A stretch of DNA of 52,314 nt, the filler included, from Sphacelaria rigidula (taxonomy: Eukaryota): the NCBI GenBank assembly GCA_964200075.2. It is 3 parts of 3 records of this genome, joined end to end, with 100 filler letters (N's around TTAATTAATTAA, not from the genome) between each part and the next. Parts side by side here need not be neighbours in the genome. Positions count along the whole stretch, not along the records: positions 1 to 17,377 come from CAXNAA020001096.1; positions 17,478 to 34,847 come from CAXNAA020001097.1; 1 more part is not named here. One strand, written 5' to 3'. Both the position numbers and the translations under genes were made by a program. Positions 1 through 25,700 of this stretch are shown here, piece after piece; position 1 is the first letter of the stretch; the number at the start of each line of letters is the position of its first letter. The notes beneath the pieces are model-generated. The model made no database searches. It saw only the letters and a list, made by a program, of their open reading frames with translations, and was not told the DNA's origin.

Positions 1-1813
1 TGTGCTTACAGCTACACGTCGATATCCTACCCAGGGATATCAAGGGCCTCAGTTGCCAGCTATTTTTTGCGATCTGAACACCACCCCTCTGGCCTTGAGC
101 AAAACTGGTTATGTCACCCTCATCAGATGTTCATGGCGGTCAGGTCAGTATGGTGAACGTTTGTGCGGATGTTAGGTGGGCACCGCGAGGGGTGTTTGCT
201 CAACAGTGATTTTTAGGTGAATAGCATGAGCTAGCCTGAACGTGCAGATGCTACACCCCCCCCTTTCTTGTGCTTCATTGCCAAGGCGGATATTGTTATG
301 CCGATACCATTGGGATCGCTGTCAATTAGTCCACCTGACGTTTCGAGTCACGGCGTCGTATTCACTGTGTTTCCAGCGTTGAGGAGATGTGTGGTGTGCC
401 ATTGTCAATCCTGGGACCTTGTTCATCGCCTCAAGCAAGGTAGCGATAAACAAATTTGGACTGCTTCGGTGGGACCGGCTTGTGCTTGCTTCAGACTTTA
501 ATTCATCGATTTGTGGCGACAACTGTAACTTTTTTGTAGCGTAAGTGCTTTTGGCGATCGCTCTCAGGGGGAAATCAAGCGCCATCGTTTCTGAGGCCGA
601 CCCTCAAGTCAGCCCGGAGTACACCACCATAGTGTGTATACCGGTGTGTCTGATCACAAGCATGCCTATTTGCTTCGGTCAAGCATCCAACCTCACTGTT
701 CTGGTAGAGGTCGTGTGTCCGGGTTGGCAGAGTGTGCATCAAGCCCACCGGCGTTGATGGGGGCACCGTGCTCCCCCGATTTGGTTGCTAGAGAGCCTGC
801 ACGTGTTTTCCACCCCAAGTTGTCCAGGTGCAGTTGCTTTTGCCGTGTGTCTACTTGCTTCCTCCAACTCAGATTGCTTGAGCCTGTACGCGTTTTTCAT
901 CCGAACTGTCCAGGTACATAACACCCCAGGACACCTCATTACACATTATCCTGCCGTGTTGTACGCTCCTTTTGTCCCAACTTCGTACAAAGCTCAAGTA
1001 GCCCCTACCCCAGAACTAGTAGCTGCACGCCCCTACGGTTCCACGGCGAGGTAACGATTCTCCCAGGACATGTGCCACAAGAAAACCAGCAATTCTACCC
1101 GACGAGTTCTTGCCCAGACGCCAACACACCTCAGTGACTACTACTCTTGACAAGCAAAATTACCGGTTGCCCCGTCCATGCATACTCTATCGACACGTCG
1201 CAGGCTACCGCTCCAGGATATACGACATAGCACGTTCGCCGACCGACGATGCACAAGGGATGAGCATACAACACCGGAGCATGATATCCCGACAGCACCC
1301 GCTCTTCGACGGACGATCTCGCACGAACAGCGCAAGGCCACGGTTTGACACAATCATTAAAACTCGAATCTAATCTCACAAAAAGCGCACCCCCAGTCCA
1401 GACGGGATGTCTCCATGCCCGGGAAGTCTGAATAATGGGGGATCGCCGCTTACTTTTTTTTTTAATATGGGGGGCGTACTCATTTGTCGCTTGCCGTAGT
1501 CGTTCGACCATCGACCCCACATCCCTTTCGATACGGATTTTTTTTTTAGGGATGAGGACGACGCATGCATTCGTGATATATGGGCGCAAGCGGCGCAGCG
1601 AACACTGCCCCCTAAACCCTCTCATCTGCAATCGTGGCAGTCCGGATCGAGTTACTTTACAGAAAGATTTTCACCATATGATTGCAATGAGATAGGTCCG
1701 TTTGCTTGAATCGGCACCGCGTCATTCCCTACTACGGTAAAAGGGAAAAGCTGTCCACCAAGTTGTCCCTTTTTCAAGGCGAAAGGGGCGCGTGCGACCC
1801 AGCACTTGGATCT

Positions 1814-14367
<12,554 letters not shown>

Positions 14368-16418
14368 TCAAGGTAACGCGGGATGTCAGGAGCTAGCGGT
14401 AAAGCAGGCGCACTCATGAGCGGATTTCTGCATCTATTTTTCATCATGATGGACTCATCTTGTTGCGCGAGGCGAGGGGACGCTTGTACGTTTGTAGGGA
14501 AACAGTGCAGCATGGCCTGCTTCTCCTCAGCGCACGGCGGCGGTGGGCGCACTCGAGGCGTGTAAAACAGAACGCATTCGAAGTGTGCGGATTGGTGAGG
14601 CGACATCTTCAATTGAACACTCAAGCGGTTTTTGTTTTTGGGGGGGTGTTGTCGCAGGCAGCATGGCGCGCGTGTTTTCACTTCGGTGTGCACTTTGAAT
14701 CGTCGTTCATTGCATCACACAAAGCCGCCCAAGGGGCGAGGCACGTCTTGAAACCCGTACAACAGTTGAGCAGACATGCTGAAGAACGCGTCATGAGGGG
14801 GGTTCGGCGACATGATCTATCGCTCATGGCACCACGAAGCGCGAAATCCTCGTGGAACTCTCAACATATGTACCAGATGCTCGGAGGAATTTCACGCTTG
14901 CCTAACGTCTCACGTCGTTTGTAACCGTTGGCCGCGAGCCTCGTCTCGGAACAGTAGCTTTGCTGACAGTGCGGTAGGTGGGCATGGGTCTGTGTACCTT
15001 TTTGAGGGGGACATGAGACAAACCCGTTCGCTGGGAAAAGCCAAGACACTTTTTTATCAGTGCATCGAGTCCTGACGTGATACCACGATACACGGCAGCT
15101 GCAATTCAAAAGCGAATATAAGGGCGCAACCACGACCACACTTTGTGTGTGAGGCTCAGGGCACAATCTTGGCCCTAAAATTAAAAAATCGCGGCTACAG
15201 TAGCATGTCACATTTGTGTGCGAAGTGAAATAATACGCGAAAGACTGTGGCCAAAACCAAATATCTGAAAAGACGTGTACCACTGTAACGTTTCAGCATC
15301 CAAGAGATGGCAAAAAATAAACGCATATCCGTGATCCTTGTCCTAAAATCAGTCTGCACTAAAAAGTTTGCTGCATAATTTTGGTATTTCATTCCTTCAG
15401 GCTTGCCGCGGATCAGGACAGTCCCAGTTCGGGTTTCGAGCTCCATAACCCGCGTGCCCTGCAGCGCTGTGAATACGATAGCCAGGACAGTACCGCGGTA
15501 ATTTGTTTGTATCTTGCATGTAGCACATGCTTTACATGTACAAATCAAAAAGCCGGTGCATCGAGAGACGCTCGTCACAGAACCGCCACCGTTGGCACAA
15601 CAGCAGCCACAGCCCGCGAGGAATCCGGGATGTGAATGGTCGAGAGAGTGTTCCCCGCCGTGTGTTCGGTTAGTGATAAGTGAGGGAAGCTGGGGTAACA
15701 CGGAAAGTGATCCACCCCTGTCTTCTTTTTATCGTTTGTTGAAGTCTCTGGTGGTGCTTCTGTACATGCTCCTCTGTACTGTGTCCCTGACTTGTATCGT
15801 TTTCGTAGTTCCCCTTTTGTCTGTTACCCCTTCACGCCTCCATCCCTCTTTCACTGTTTCTTTCTTCTCTCTGTTGAAGCAACGGCAGTTCGGCACCTTG
15901 CTTCCGTCGGGTTCATGGGTGAGAGCGCATGCCCACATGCCTTGATAGAGCGATCCAAAATGGCTGAGCCGCAATCTGCTCGCACGGCCTTTTCGCTGTG
16001 TTCTGTGTATAGGGAGCACGTGCTTTTTTCTTACTTTTTCCGGCGGCCTTTTCTACTTTTACTCCGTTATTGTTCTCATTATTATTACTGCAAAGTTTGT
16101 CGGTTGTTCTCCCTTCCCTTTTTTCTCTCGGCTTGGTTGTTTTGTTCTTCAGTTTACTCCCTTTGCTCGACCCACCTTACTTTCCCCACTTTTCTTCTTT
16201 AGGCTGCTCCTTATGGTGGACGAAATTAAAAATTAGATTAGTGCCTTTTCGGAGCTTTTACGTCGTTTCATGCCCCAGAAGAGGGCTGGGCGGATTATGA
16301 CACCTCGGAAAAGTTATACTCGAAAAAAAGTGCGCCCACCCGTAACGCAAAGGTACAAGTAGGTGTGCTGAAACCGTCACAACGAGTACAACAAGCACAA
16401 CAAGCATAGAAAGGCATT

Positions 16419-16480
16419 CATTCCAGGGTGTCAAACTCCGCCTATAGCCCTCCTTTAGGGGGGTAAAACGACGCAGAAGG
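16419..16480 (+). mobile_element. Fragment of the foldback element arm at 18030-18090
   Basis: CATTCCAGGGTGTCAAACTCCGCCTA..TTTAGGG..TAAAACGACGCAGAAG matches 18029-18086. Confidence 0.7.
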
Positions 16481-17377
16481 TAAAAATAGGGCATCTTCCC
16501 ACGTTTAAAAAAAAACATATATATATATATATATTCTGGTTTGCCATGAGAAGCGGCAGTAAGCGTTTCCGTTTTTGTTATGTACCTTGGATCCGTCCAT
16601 ATTGTATCTAATGTTCACGACCAGGTCTCTCGGGGATCAGTGAATGTGCGACAATCAATCAACTGACCAGGACCGATTTTCGACGGCATGCGGGACTTCG
16701 CGAAAAGTGCTACCTCGGGAAGACTTGCTGTACTCACCCAGAGATATCTAGGGCATCTTTCCCGATCTACCATGCGCCTAGTATGCCCTCTTGCCGGACA
16801 GATGATTTCTCAAACCGTGAACAAGACGTTTTTCTTTCACATTTTCTGAGAAATTCTCGGAGAAAACGCGTTTTTTTTCAAGGAATTGTTTGGAAAAGCA
16901 ACTGCCCAGCCATCAGTCAAACTAGGGGCCTGAAAGTTCGGAAAAGTCAGCCAGAAACTTGTCCTCCCAGAACCCCCCCCCCCCCCCCCCCCCAACCCCG
17001 ACAAAAAAGCCAAAACCCATCGGCCCGAACCCCACAGGACAGACGACGCGAGTGNNNNNNNNNNAAGTTCGAAAAAGCCCGCCAAAACCTCGTCCCCCCA
17101 CCCCCCCCCCCCCCCCCCCCGTTTTTGGTGAGAACCGGGCGTGCTCCGTCCGGGCTTTTTCGGGGCGGACCCCTGATGGGGTTGGCGTCAGTTGGCGATG
17201 ATGCTGTAAAACACGCCACTCACTGCATAAGCTAGGCAACTAGATTGGCGATTTTTTTGCGCGCTTGCATTTTTTTTGCGGAAACCATGATGGTAGTCGA
17301 GCTGGGTGATATTGTGCGGCGTGGGAGAACCTCAACTCCGCACAATGGGGATGATCGTACTACGTGGTGTTTACATG

Positions 17378-17477
17378 NNNNNNNNNNNNNNNNNNNNNNN
17401 NNNNNNNNNNNNNNNNNNNNNTTAATTAATTAANNNNNNNNNNNNNNNNNNNNNNNNNNNNNNNNNNNNNNNNNNNN
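17378..17477. other. Artificial scaffold linker / assembly gap
   Basis: 44 N + TTAATTAATTAA (stops in six frames) + 44 N, exactly 100 bp. Confidence 0.97.
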
Positions 17478-17667
17478 GGGAGAAACGATGGCTATACTAG
17501 TAGATGGATGGTGGCCAGAGACGGCGAAACAGGACGGGGATACGATATGTAATGTATGGAAGAAACGTTATGAGCACCTAAATGTTGAAGATGTTTCTAT
17601 TAGGAGTAGGAGCGATGCTCCGTCTTGGAAGGGATGCGTGGTCAATGGTCAAACGACTCAAGCCGCT

Positions 17668-18144
17668 CCTTGAAGCCGCTCATTAAGATAGACAAAACTT
17701 AAAATCTGGAAAAATGCCGTTCTGGAGCTCTCACGTGGTCTTTCGCCGTGAAAGAGAGTTAGGCGGAGTTTGACATCTTGGAATGACTTGCTCTATTAGT
17801 TGAGGCGGTTCCAGAACATCTTTTCGTTTCCGGTGGCCGCAGTTTTTATTTTGGCCAAACAAGAATTTTTGTTACAGAATGATCAAGTCCAGAGAAAAAT
17901 GGCGATTTTTTTAGATATGGCTGTTTTTGACCGTCCTGGGACAAAAATTATTGTTTGGCCACATTAAAAACTGCGACCACCGGAGAACGAAAATATATCC
18001 TGGAACCGCCTCAACGAGTAGAGCAAGTCATTCCAAGGTGTCAAACTCCGCCTAGCTCTCTTTTAGGGCGTAAAACGACGTAGAAGCTCCAAAAATACAC
18101 TTTTCCAGATTTTATTCTTGTCTGTTACAGGGAGCGGCCTAAGG
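17668..18144. mobile_element. Non-autonomous foldback DNA element with ~215-bp terminal inverted repeats
   Basis: 17668-~17885 is a degenerate reverse complement of ~17927-18144 (e.g. AGGCGGAGTTTGACATCTTGGAATGACTTGCTCTA vs TAGAGCAAGTCATTCCAAGGTGTCAAACTCCGCCT). Spacer ~40 bp. Confidence 0.85.
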
Positions 18145-19713
18145 CAACAAACAAGGAGAACGCCCTCGCCGAACACACCACGACGCTTAGCGCTTGGTGC
18201 TTGAGGGTGAGTCTGGTCCGACGAATACCCGGCGTGCTCCGTCCAGGCTTCGTTGGGATGCGAGGTTAATGGTATTATGTCTACGTTATGCATGATCATG
18301 CGTACCTCCCCCCCGGCTGAGTGGACCCGGGAGCGCCGCCGAAGGCGAAAAAAAGTGCGGTATTTGGCTTGTTTCCCCTTCAAACATGTTCTCCGTGGTG
18401 TGCAACCCTTACAAGAGAAACGACACTCATCATCACTCATTAGGGTAGATGGTACGCATTCTATTGATACCCTGTCATGAGCTCGGGATCTCTGTTGTCC
18501 GATGGCAAAGGCCTCGAAAGTCGGAAACACCCCCACCCCTTTTCGCTGAGATCTTTCAGGGAGGGGATGCGTTTGCTTCATCCCCGGGAAAGGGGATGGG
18601 ATAAGAAATGCCATAAGGGAGTAAGCAGTATGCGGTGAAAACGTTCTGACGATGCCCATCGCATGTTCGGGGGCATCGCTATTCATGTGTGAACGCCTTC
18701 GTAACTAGCGAAAATGGTAAATATCACCTCCATCGTGTCTAGAGACGGGACTGAGCGATTCATCCTCGGGTGGGGAGAAATAGGGGGCGGGGATGAATAC
18801 TTCATCGATAACACATTATATCGATGTGTATGTATGCTCATGTGCATCGTCATTCGTGTTAACGGGCAAAAACGATGGAGACCACCCGGGTGACAATTGA
18901 GTTGGGGAGGGTGCGTACATCAAATATCTGGATCAGGAAATATATTCATATTTTGTTATTTCCATAGTCCAAGTTTCTGATAAATATTTCATGTAATCCA
19001 AACATCTTGAACTTTCATGCCATCCAAACGTGTTGCCACTTGCACGGTATAGGCCGAAGCGGTGGATAACACCCCTAACCTCACGGTCGAAAGCACCCCC
19101 GGGGACGGCTATGTCATGTCCCCTGCGACGGCGCACCCCCCGCTCAAGTCCGACTTCACGAATAGTGTTCATTAAAAAAATAGTATGCGTCATCTGTCCA
19201 TTTTTGGGCTCCTCATCAGTTTCCTCATGTATTGAACTCGTATATCTCATAAAGGTGGCCTGAAATAGCGTGGAATGCCCTTTATAAAAAATTGTGTAAA
19301 TGTCGGCGGTGGCGGCGAACTTGAAAAAAATGGACAGCTGGCGCCCTCGTCGCTAGTTCCACTTGAACTCCAGTTCCAGTATAATCGATAGTATTAACTT
19401 ATTCAGTTTTACGGCTCTAAGAATATCCGTTTTTGCGCAAAATTGTTGTGCTTGACATAATGTTAAACCTTCGGGCTTCTGCGGACAGTGATGCTGGCTT
19501 GACGACGAAAATATGAAATCTTGTCGTCTGTCTTGTCATATGGCGCAGAATGTGGGATATTTATCGCAGGAAAAGGATGCGCGTGTTCTTGGCTGTGTTG
19601 GCAGTTTTTGCTGCAAGCATGAATGTGCCTTGATCTACGCGTGATGGTACTTGTTTGGCAGTATACTTGCCACCAATTCATCCCTTTGCTGCTGCAACCC
19701 TTGTGTCGTGCAG

Positions 19714-21040
19714 GCGGAGTTTCTTCGCGATGCACTGTATCGATTCTTGCCAAGCGTGACTTTGGAAAGAGTGAACAGAGTTATCAAGAGATTGCAAGCG
19801 GGAAAGTTTGAAGGGACGCTAGGTCGCGACATGGGGTCATCAGGCGCGAAGAGGTGTGGGGTACTTGCTGTCGTTGCCGCTTTGGTGACAGAGAAGAAGA
19901 TATTGCGGATGTTAACGTGGCGATGACTGAAGTTGCTTCATTTCGAGTTACTGTACAGTAAATGGGAGCAATATGTTTGCACAGTATTCGTTTGGGTGGT
20001 AACGGGAAATCACAGGAATGACAGTACTTCCTTGGTAATTGCTTGCAGAGTAAGGGGAGAACATGATTTGCTCGGTAACGATCTGGATCGGAACGGGAAC
20101 ACAATCTCCTTGGCAACATGACTCGTCAGTTGTATTGGTTGCATACGTAGGCTACCTCGGTAAACCGATGTTTCCCCGCCGTGCTGTACAGGGCCGACAG
20201 TCAGGAAAGTAGCAATGGGCGAGAAGGCCTGATGCGAGTAGGACAGACGCGCCAGGGGAGCGCTGGTGCAGACCAGGGCGGCAAGCCGGACAGCAGCACC
20301 AAGGGTGCTCCACGAGGTTCCACCTCCACGACGTCGGTGAAGCCGACGTCTGTCAGCGACTCTCTTGGAGCGGCGATGCCTGGAAGCTTCTTGACAGCGA
20401 CAGATCTACAAGAACTCGCCAGAGTATACGTCGTGTGCTTGAAGTAGAGTGGCAGTGCTATAGGGAAACACACAATCATGCTCCCGCGCTGGCTTGAAGG
20501 TTGCACGAGAGAAGTGGGTTGGTTGCGTTCACTGTACCACGTGCGATTGAGCCTAGCCTGCGCTCGGAAAGGCACACCACGCGAGCCAGACGTGTTGTTG
20601 GTTTTCACGCGTATGTCTGTGCTTGTATGCAATGGCGGGTAGCTGCTGGCAACCGATTGTTTTTCTGTTCCCATCCCGAGTGACGAGCGTCGGAATTGTC
20701 TGTCATTGGGCGGACAAGATATATATGTATTTGGGAGGGGCAACCGAGTTCGTGGCACTTTCCATGTAGACAGCAAACTGATCGCACACCTTCGTGCGCT
20801 AGACAATTCCTGCCCGCAGCTGTGATCATCAAATTGGCGACTCAAGTTCGTATTGGTCGGGGTTGTCCTGGTGGAGTTGGAGAAAGTACGCAGCTCCCAC
20901 GAGTGGGAGTAGAGACGTGGCGAAGAAACACAAAATGTGATCGAACTCTCTTGAACGGCAGCTGACACCATCCACGTTCTTCGAAGCGAAGTAGAAGCAT
21001 GTAAAGAGTTATGGATACGACAATACGACACTGAAATCAG
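19714..21040 (+). pseudogene. Spliced gene fragment of unknown function, probably pseudogenised
   Basis: Exon-like blocks 19714-19853 and 20192-~20423 join in frame via a phase-2 GT-AG intron (AEFLRDALYRFLPSVTLERVNRVIKRLQ...). A third AG/GT-bounded block at 20770-21040 reads protein-like but has 3 in-frame stops. Confidence 0.35.
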
Positions 21041-21599
21041 GTATGTGGAGTAATGCGTGGCGCCAGTTCAAGGCCAAAGGTTCTGCTTGTCATTTTCTCC
21101 TCTCGAATCGAAGCCAAGATCTCGCATGACCATTGTCTAACCGAGCGGCAATACGAGTAGCGAAAATCTCACATGCCCATATTTGAATCGAGAAAAGACG
21201 CGTGATTCTCGTGGATCATCAGCAAACTCCTCACAATGTAAAATGAATTATGCCCGAGTGCATCAAAACCCAGTGAAACTACACTTGAAGACTTCTACTT
21301 CCAAAGAGCACGTGTTATTGTACATCCGATTCGGCGGATCTACCCCGGCCGCCAGAGGACACGCATAGCCACCTACCTATCTCCGCCCCAAAGCATTAGA
21401 CTCGACTTGTCTCAATCCCTTCACATCCAGGGCGGGTCAACAGAGTGTCACCAACATTTTGAAGTTGCCGATCCGACTGATGACCCCCCCTGGCGGCCAG
21501 AGTGTCCAAATTGCATAGTAAAAGATGATTCTCGAATGCTATCCTCTTCGAACCGCACGAAACTCACATGGCCATGTTGGAGCTGGTTCAGGGAAGTGG

Positions 21600-22456
21600 A
21601 CACAGTGTTGGACGTGGTCATTGGAGTATGAAAACAATTACAGCCGGTCATGCTAAAAACCTTGATGGTATTTTTGTACATTTCAAGCGCATTCAGACAA
21701 CTTCCGGTAGTGGCTTCCCATGTTCACCGAGACCAGCTTGCATGGTCATCGTTCAAAATACGAGTTCGACAGATGAGTTGATACAAGATGACAAAATTTG
21801 CGAGACGGCCCGTTCTCACGCATCACAGAAACGACGAGACATACGTTCGGCAACATCGTGAAATTAGCTCCAGGGTCGTTTTTAACGATGGAAGTACCTT
21901 TGGAAACTTTTCATGCCCTCTTCCACTCTCCAACTGTGAAAGGGTGACACAGTTTGGGGCCCACGTCCACATTCTAGATCCATCACAACTGTGTCATGCC
22001 AGCAGCGCAGCTGCCCAAAACATCATGATCACCAGTAACAGCAGAATCATATCTCCACGCAGTGTAGTCATGGGGTTTTGCAGTAGTATCAGTAAAGGAC
22101 CTGTGCGTGCCCCAAATTGCATGAAACAAGCAGCAGGAGTGCTCATTTTCCGGTGTGCTCCATTTTCCGATGTGGAGATGGAAACGTACAATGCCGTGGG
22201 AAAAGAAGCCACTCACGTTTCCGAATTGAAATATAAATAATGAAAATATGCCTGGAAAATGTGCAATAATGACTTTATGCGTCGTTAATCCTTTGACCGC
22301 GAGGGTACGTAGTCCATCTGTATTATGCACACCTCCTTCAGATGAAACTGATGCCGATTCAACGGATGATCTACTTTCGCCGTCAAAGGGTTGAGAACGC
22401 TTAAACTTGAAAAAGAAATGAATGACCAGGAGTATCATGATCACCAAGTTCGGCAT
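21600..22456 (-). pseudogene. Possible decayed acyltransferase-3 (OafA-like) gene
   Basis: HNTDGLRTLAV...VIIAHF...VSGFF resembles the AT3 N-terminal pattern DGLRxxA..VvxxH..FFxlSGF. Downstream frames are broken. Motif recognition only. Confidence 0.3.
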
Positions 22457-22790
22457 GAATTACTCACCCGAAGGATACACACACAGAATACTCAGAACGC
22501 ATTCCAACAAAACCGTGAAGCACATGGAAAAAGCAAGAACCGTTGGTGTGAAACAAACATCTGTCCCTAGGTTCACTCCAAACTGCTTCTACATATCCGC
22601 CCCCTGGAATATTTCAAGTTGATTCATTCCTCGGAGGTTTGCGGGTGCTAACTCACATGGCGCACGCACATATTCGAACGTTCTCCGAATTGCACTCCCT
22701 GAGTACCTGAAACACGGCAACCTGCACGACACTGATACTCGTCAAACACAAAAACACTGGTGATCGAAAGCACCAGGAAGAAAAGAGCCA

Positions 22791-25700
22791 TCAGTCCGTC
22801 CGAGAATGTCTCGGGGCGCGAGAGTGGTACACTGCGGTAGAGGGGGCATGTAAAAACAGCTTCGGCGGCTGCTGTTGATGCGGGGAGGTGCGCCTTCTTA
22901 CGGCAGTGCTATCCACGTCCGCTGTCCGTGCCCCTGCTGCCCCCGCCCCTTCAAGCGCCAAATCAACAGCACCGTTAGGTCTGGAACTGCATCGTTTGCT
23001 AGACTCCAGAGCCGTCTCCCTGCCACCGCTGCCTAGGCATGTCCCCCCTGAGGCATCTTCTCCCGCCACGTTCGTGTGCTCGCTTTCGTCTACACGACTA
23101 CTAGCAACCGAGGACCGAGCGAAACCCCAGCCAGCTGCAACCCCCCGAACGGAAGTCACGGAGAGTGATGGCAACAGTGCAGGGGTCGCAAACGTGCCAA
23201 GTGGACGGAACTTTTCTGCCAGGGATTTGCCTTCGCCCACGGGAGTAACGAGGCTTCCATCCTCCATGGTACACCTCCGACGGGTCCTCCTCTCGGACGA
23301 GGAACCACCAGCAGTACTAGGACTACAAGTAGAAGCGGCCGGAGAACAGAAGGTGGGCGAGTCGGCGAGCATATCCGCTTCTCGACGTCGTTTGCGTTGC
23401 TTCTTGTTCCCGTTACTGTTCGTTTCTCCAGACGCACCCGGCGGAGAGCAAACAGCGCCGCTCTTCGCGACATTGCGCCGTTTTTCGGGGGCAGGTGACC
23501 GTTCTGTGCTGCCTCGCTTGCTTTTGCTGCTGTCTTCGTCCGTTCCTTGCTGCCGTTTCCCATCCAACCGCCGGCCACCCGCACTAGCACAGATAGAGTC
23601 GGCTGCTGAGGTAGGGCGGGAGCGTATGTTGCGGCGGCTGAGCTCCGTACAATCGACAGCTGAGCGGCGCCTTATTCTGTCCTTGGTCCCCCTTCGGCTT
23701 TCGGGAGATGAGGACGTCGTACATGCAGCCTTTGCGATAGCCCGCGCGTATTCCGCGGAGTCAGCAAGAGCCTGCAACGCGCGGGGGCGGCGGTCCTTTA
23801 CCTTGCTTTTACGCGTCTCATTGGACGGGGAGAGCAAAGAGGAGCGAGCGCCAGGGGCAGCGAAGGAGGAAGAGTCACCCTGCTCCTGGTGTTCCGCTAA
23901 TGAATTTGTGGTAGCGGTTTCATCTGTCTCGCTATCCGGTGGTGGTGGTAGACCTTCATGAAATATCCCAAGCGCTGAAGCGCTCAACCTGGGCACATCC
24001 CGAACAGATCCAACGCGCAGCGTCACGTGTGGGGTGCGCGCCGCCGTCGCAATCAAAACATCATGTGAGGTCGACTGTGGGGGCGAGCCCGTCGCTCCCT
24101 TTATTTCTTCACCAGCGTCATCTCCATGCAGTTCCCAAGCAGCCGAAGGGATCGCTTTTCTTCGTTCTCGTCCATTCACCGGCGACGGACGTACCGATAG
24201 CCCCGTCATCTTGCTTTCACCAGCTGCTGCCGTCTCAGGTATAGCCACCTGCTCGCCGCTGGCGTCGGCTGCGACATCTTTCCCCGGCACTAATATGTCC
24301 ATGTCCACGAGGTCACATGCTTCGTCGATAGGGCGTGTAGAGGATGACTGTTGTCGCTGCGACCCGCACCGTGGCGAGGCACTGGCGGGCCCCGACGGAC
24401 GTGTCGGTGAAATCACCGCCGGCGCATGTACGTTCTCCTTGGCTGCGGTTTGTGCCTGGCTCATCTCACCACCGGCGGCGCCGGTAGCGATGCCAATCGA
24501 CTCAGAGGGTTTCACCACTGAATCCGAACCGGCACGTGCCAAACCCGCATTGTCTTTCGCGGTGGTGGCTGCAGTGAGGTCTAGTGTATGGACGGAGGAC
24601 GGTGACCCGGGCATCACCGCGGTCGTATCTGTTAGCCCGTTGCCATCCCCAGAACTTTTTGCTAACTTCGTCCTCACCCCCACAGAAAGCACACCGAAAC
24701 CTCCGCTGTTGCTATTGCAACTTGGAGCACTCGGCTGACCGGTTGATTCTCGGCACATAGCTCGGCTGTCTCCTTCGATAGCATCACTCTGTTCGGACGG
24801 AGCTTGCGCGCAATTGCGTCCAGTCGTCGACACAACGGGAGTGGAGGCGGGGGCAGCAGCGCCAATTTCTCCGTCGCGGTCAGATCCTCTTTTGAGGTTA
24901 CGGTGGGTACGATAATCACTCTCGTCTTCGGCAACGCGACTCGCCAGCGCTAACAGCAGGGTGAAACTAGGGTCCTTCGCCACTGAGGCCTGGTGCTCCT
25001 CTCCGGCGCAGTGCTGCGCGAGGAGTGAAATGGAAAAACGAATATAGTACAGGAACAAAACATGTGAAATAAGTCACGATACACTATTCGGCGAATGGTG
25101 CGCCCACCCATGAGACAAGTTGGTCTAGATTCCGAGCTGGTTTTACGTGACACGGTTGCACACGATCAGAGAGAAATGTACTACGGCAGCAGATCTAACA
25201 CGGGAAAACGCTTGTCATCGTATCACCTCTGACATTGTACCGATGTACTGCCTCTCGCAACATTCACACCACCCGCCTCGCCGAGGCCTTGGAGGGCCAC
25301 CAGGCATGCCAAGGGCCGCGGGGGGCTTTCCCTTCCAGCCGTCACCACCGAAGGATTGAACGTTGGCTTTTTTTTTCTGCTTGAGAACTTCTCGAGCCCA
25401 CTGCGTAAATTTTTAGTGGGGTAGAGGGAGGAATGGAGGGCGGGGTCAACATGTGTGACGACGCACGCACGCACGATGAAAGAAGAGAGCCAATCAAGCA
25501 CAAGCGCGACGAACAGAATATGCGAGCAAGCTGTTTTCTTCTGAGCTATCCTAGTGTCATAACACGAAATTGCAAAATCGAAATCACCCACCTGTTCACG
25601 CGGTGTAAAGGGACATATCCCTGGCGGGGCGTCGTGGTGCAGGTTGCACTTGCGCATGAGCTCCGGGGGTAACGCCTGCAGTGCCCAAGGGATGGCAGGT

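Noticed and set aside
791-918. ~40-bp degenerate direct repeat at 791 and 880
   Set aside because: Only two decayed copies, with no recognisable coding or structural context; cannot be interpreted.
17422-17433. TTAATTAATTAA palindrome, repeated at 34892-34903
   Set aside because: Embedded symmetrically in N runs; an artificial linker. Adjacency across these gaps is not reliable.
22888-24738. Long plus-strand ORFs (357 aa, 234 aa)
   Set aside because: Antisense shadows of the GC-rich DBF4 terminal exon.
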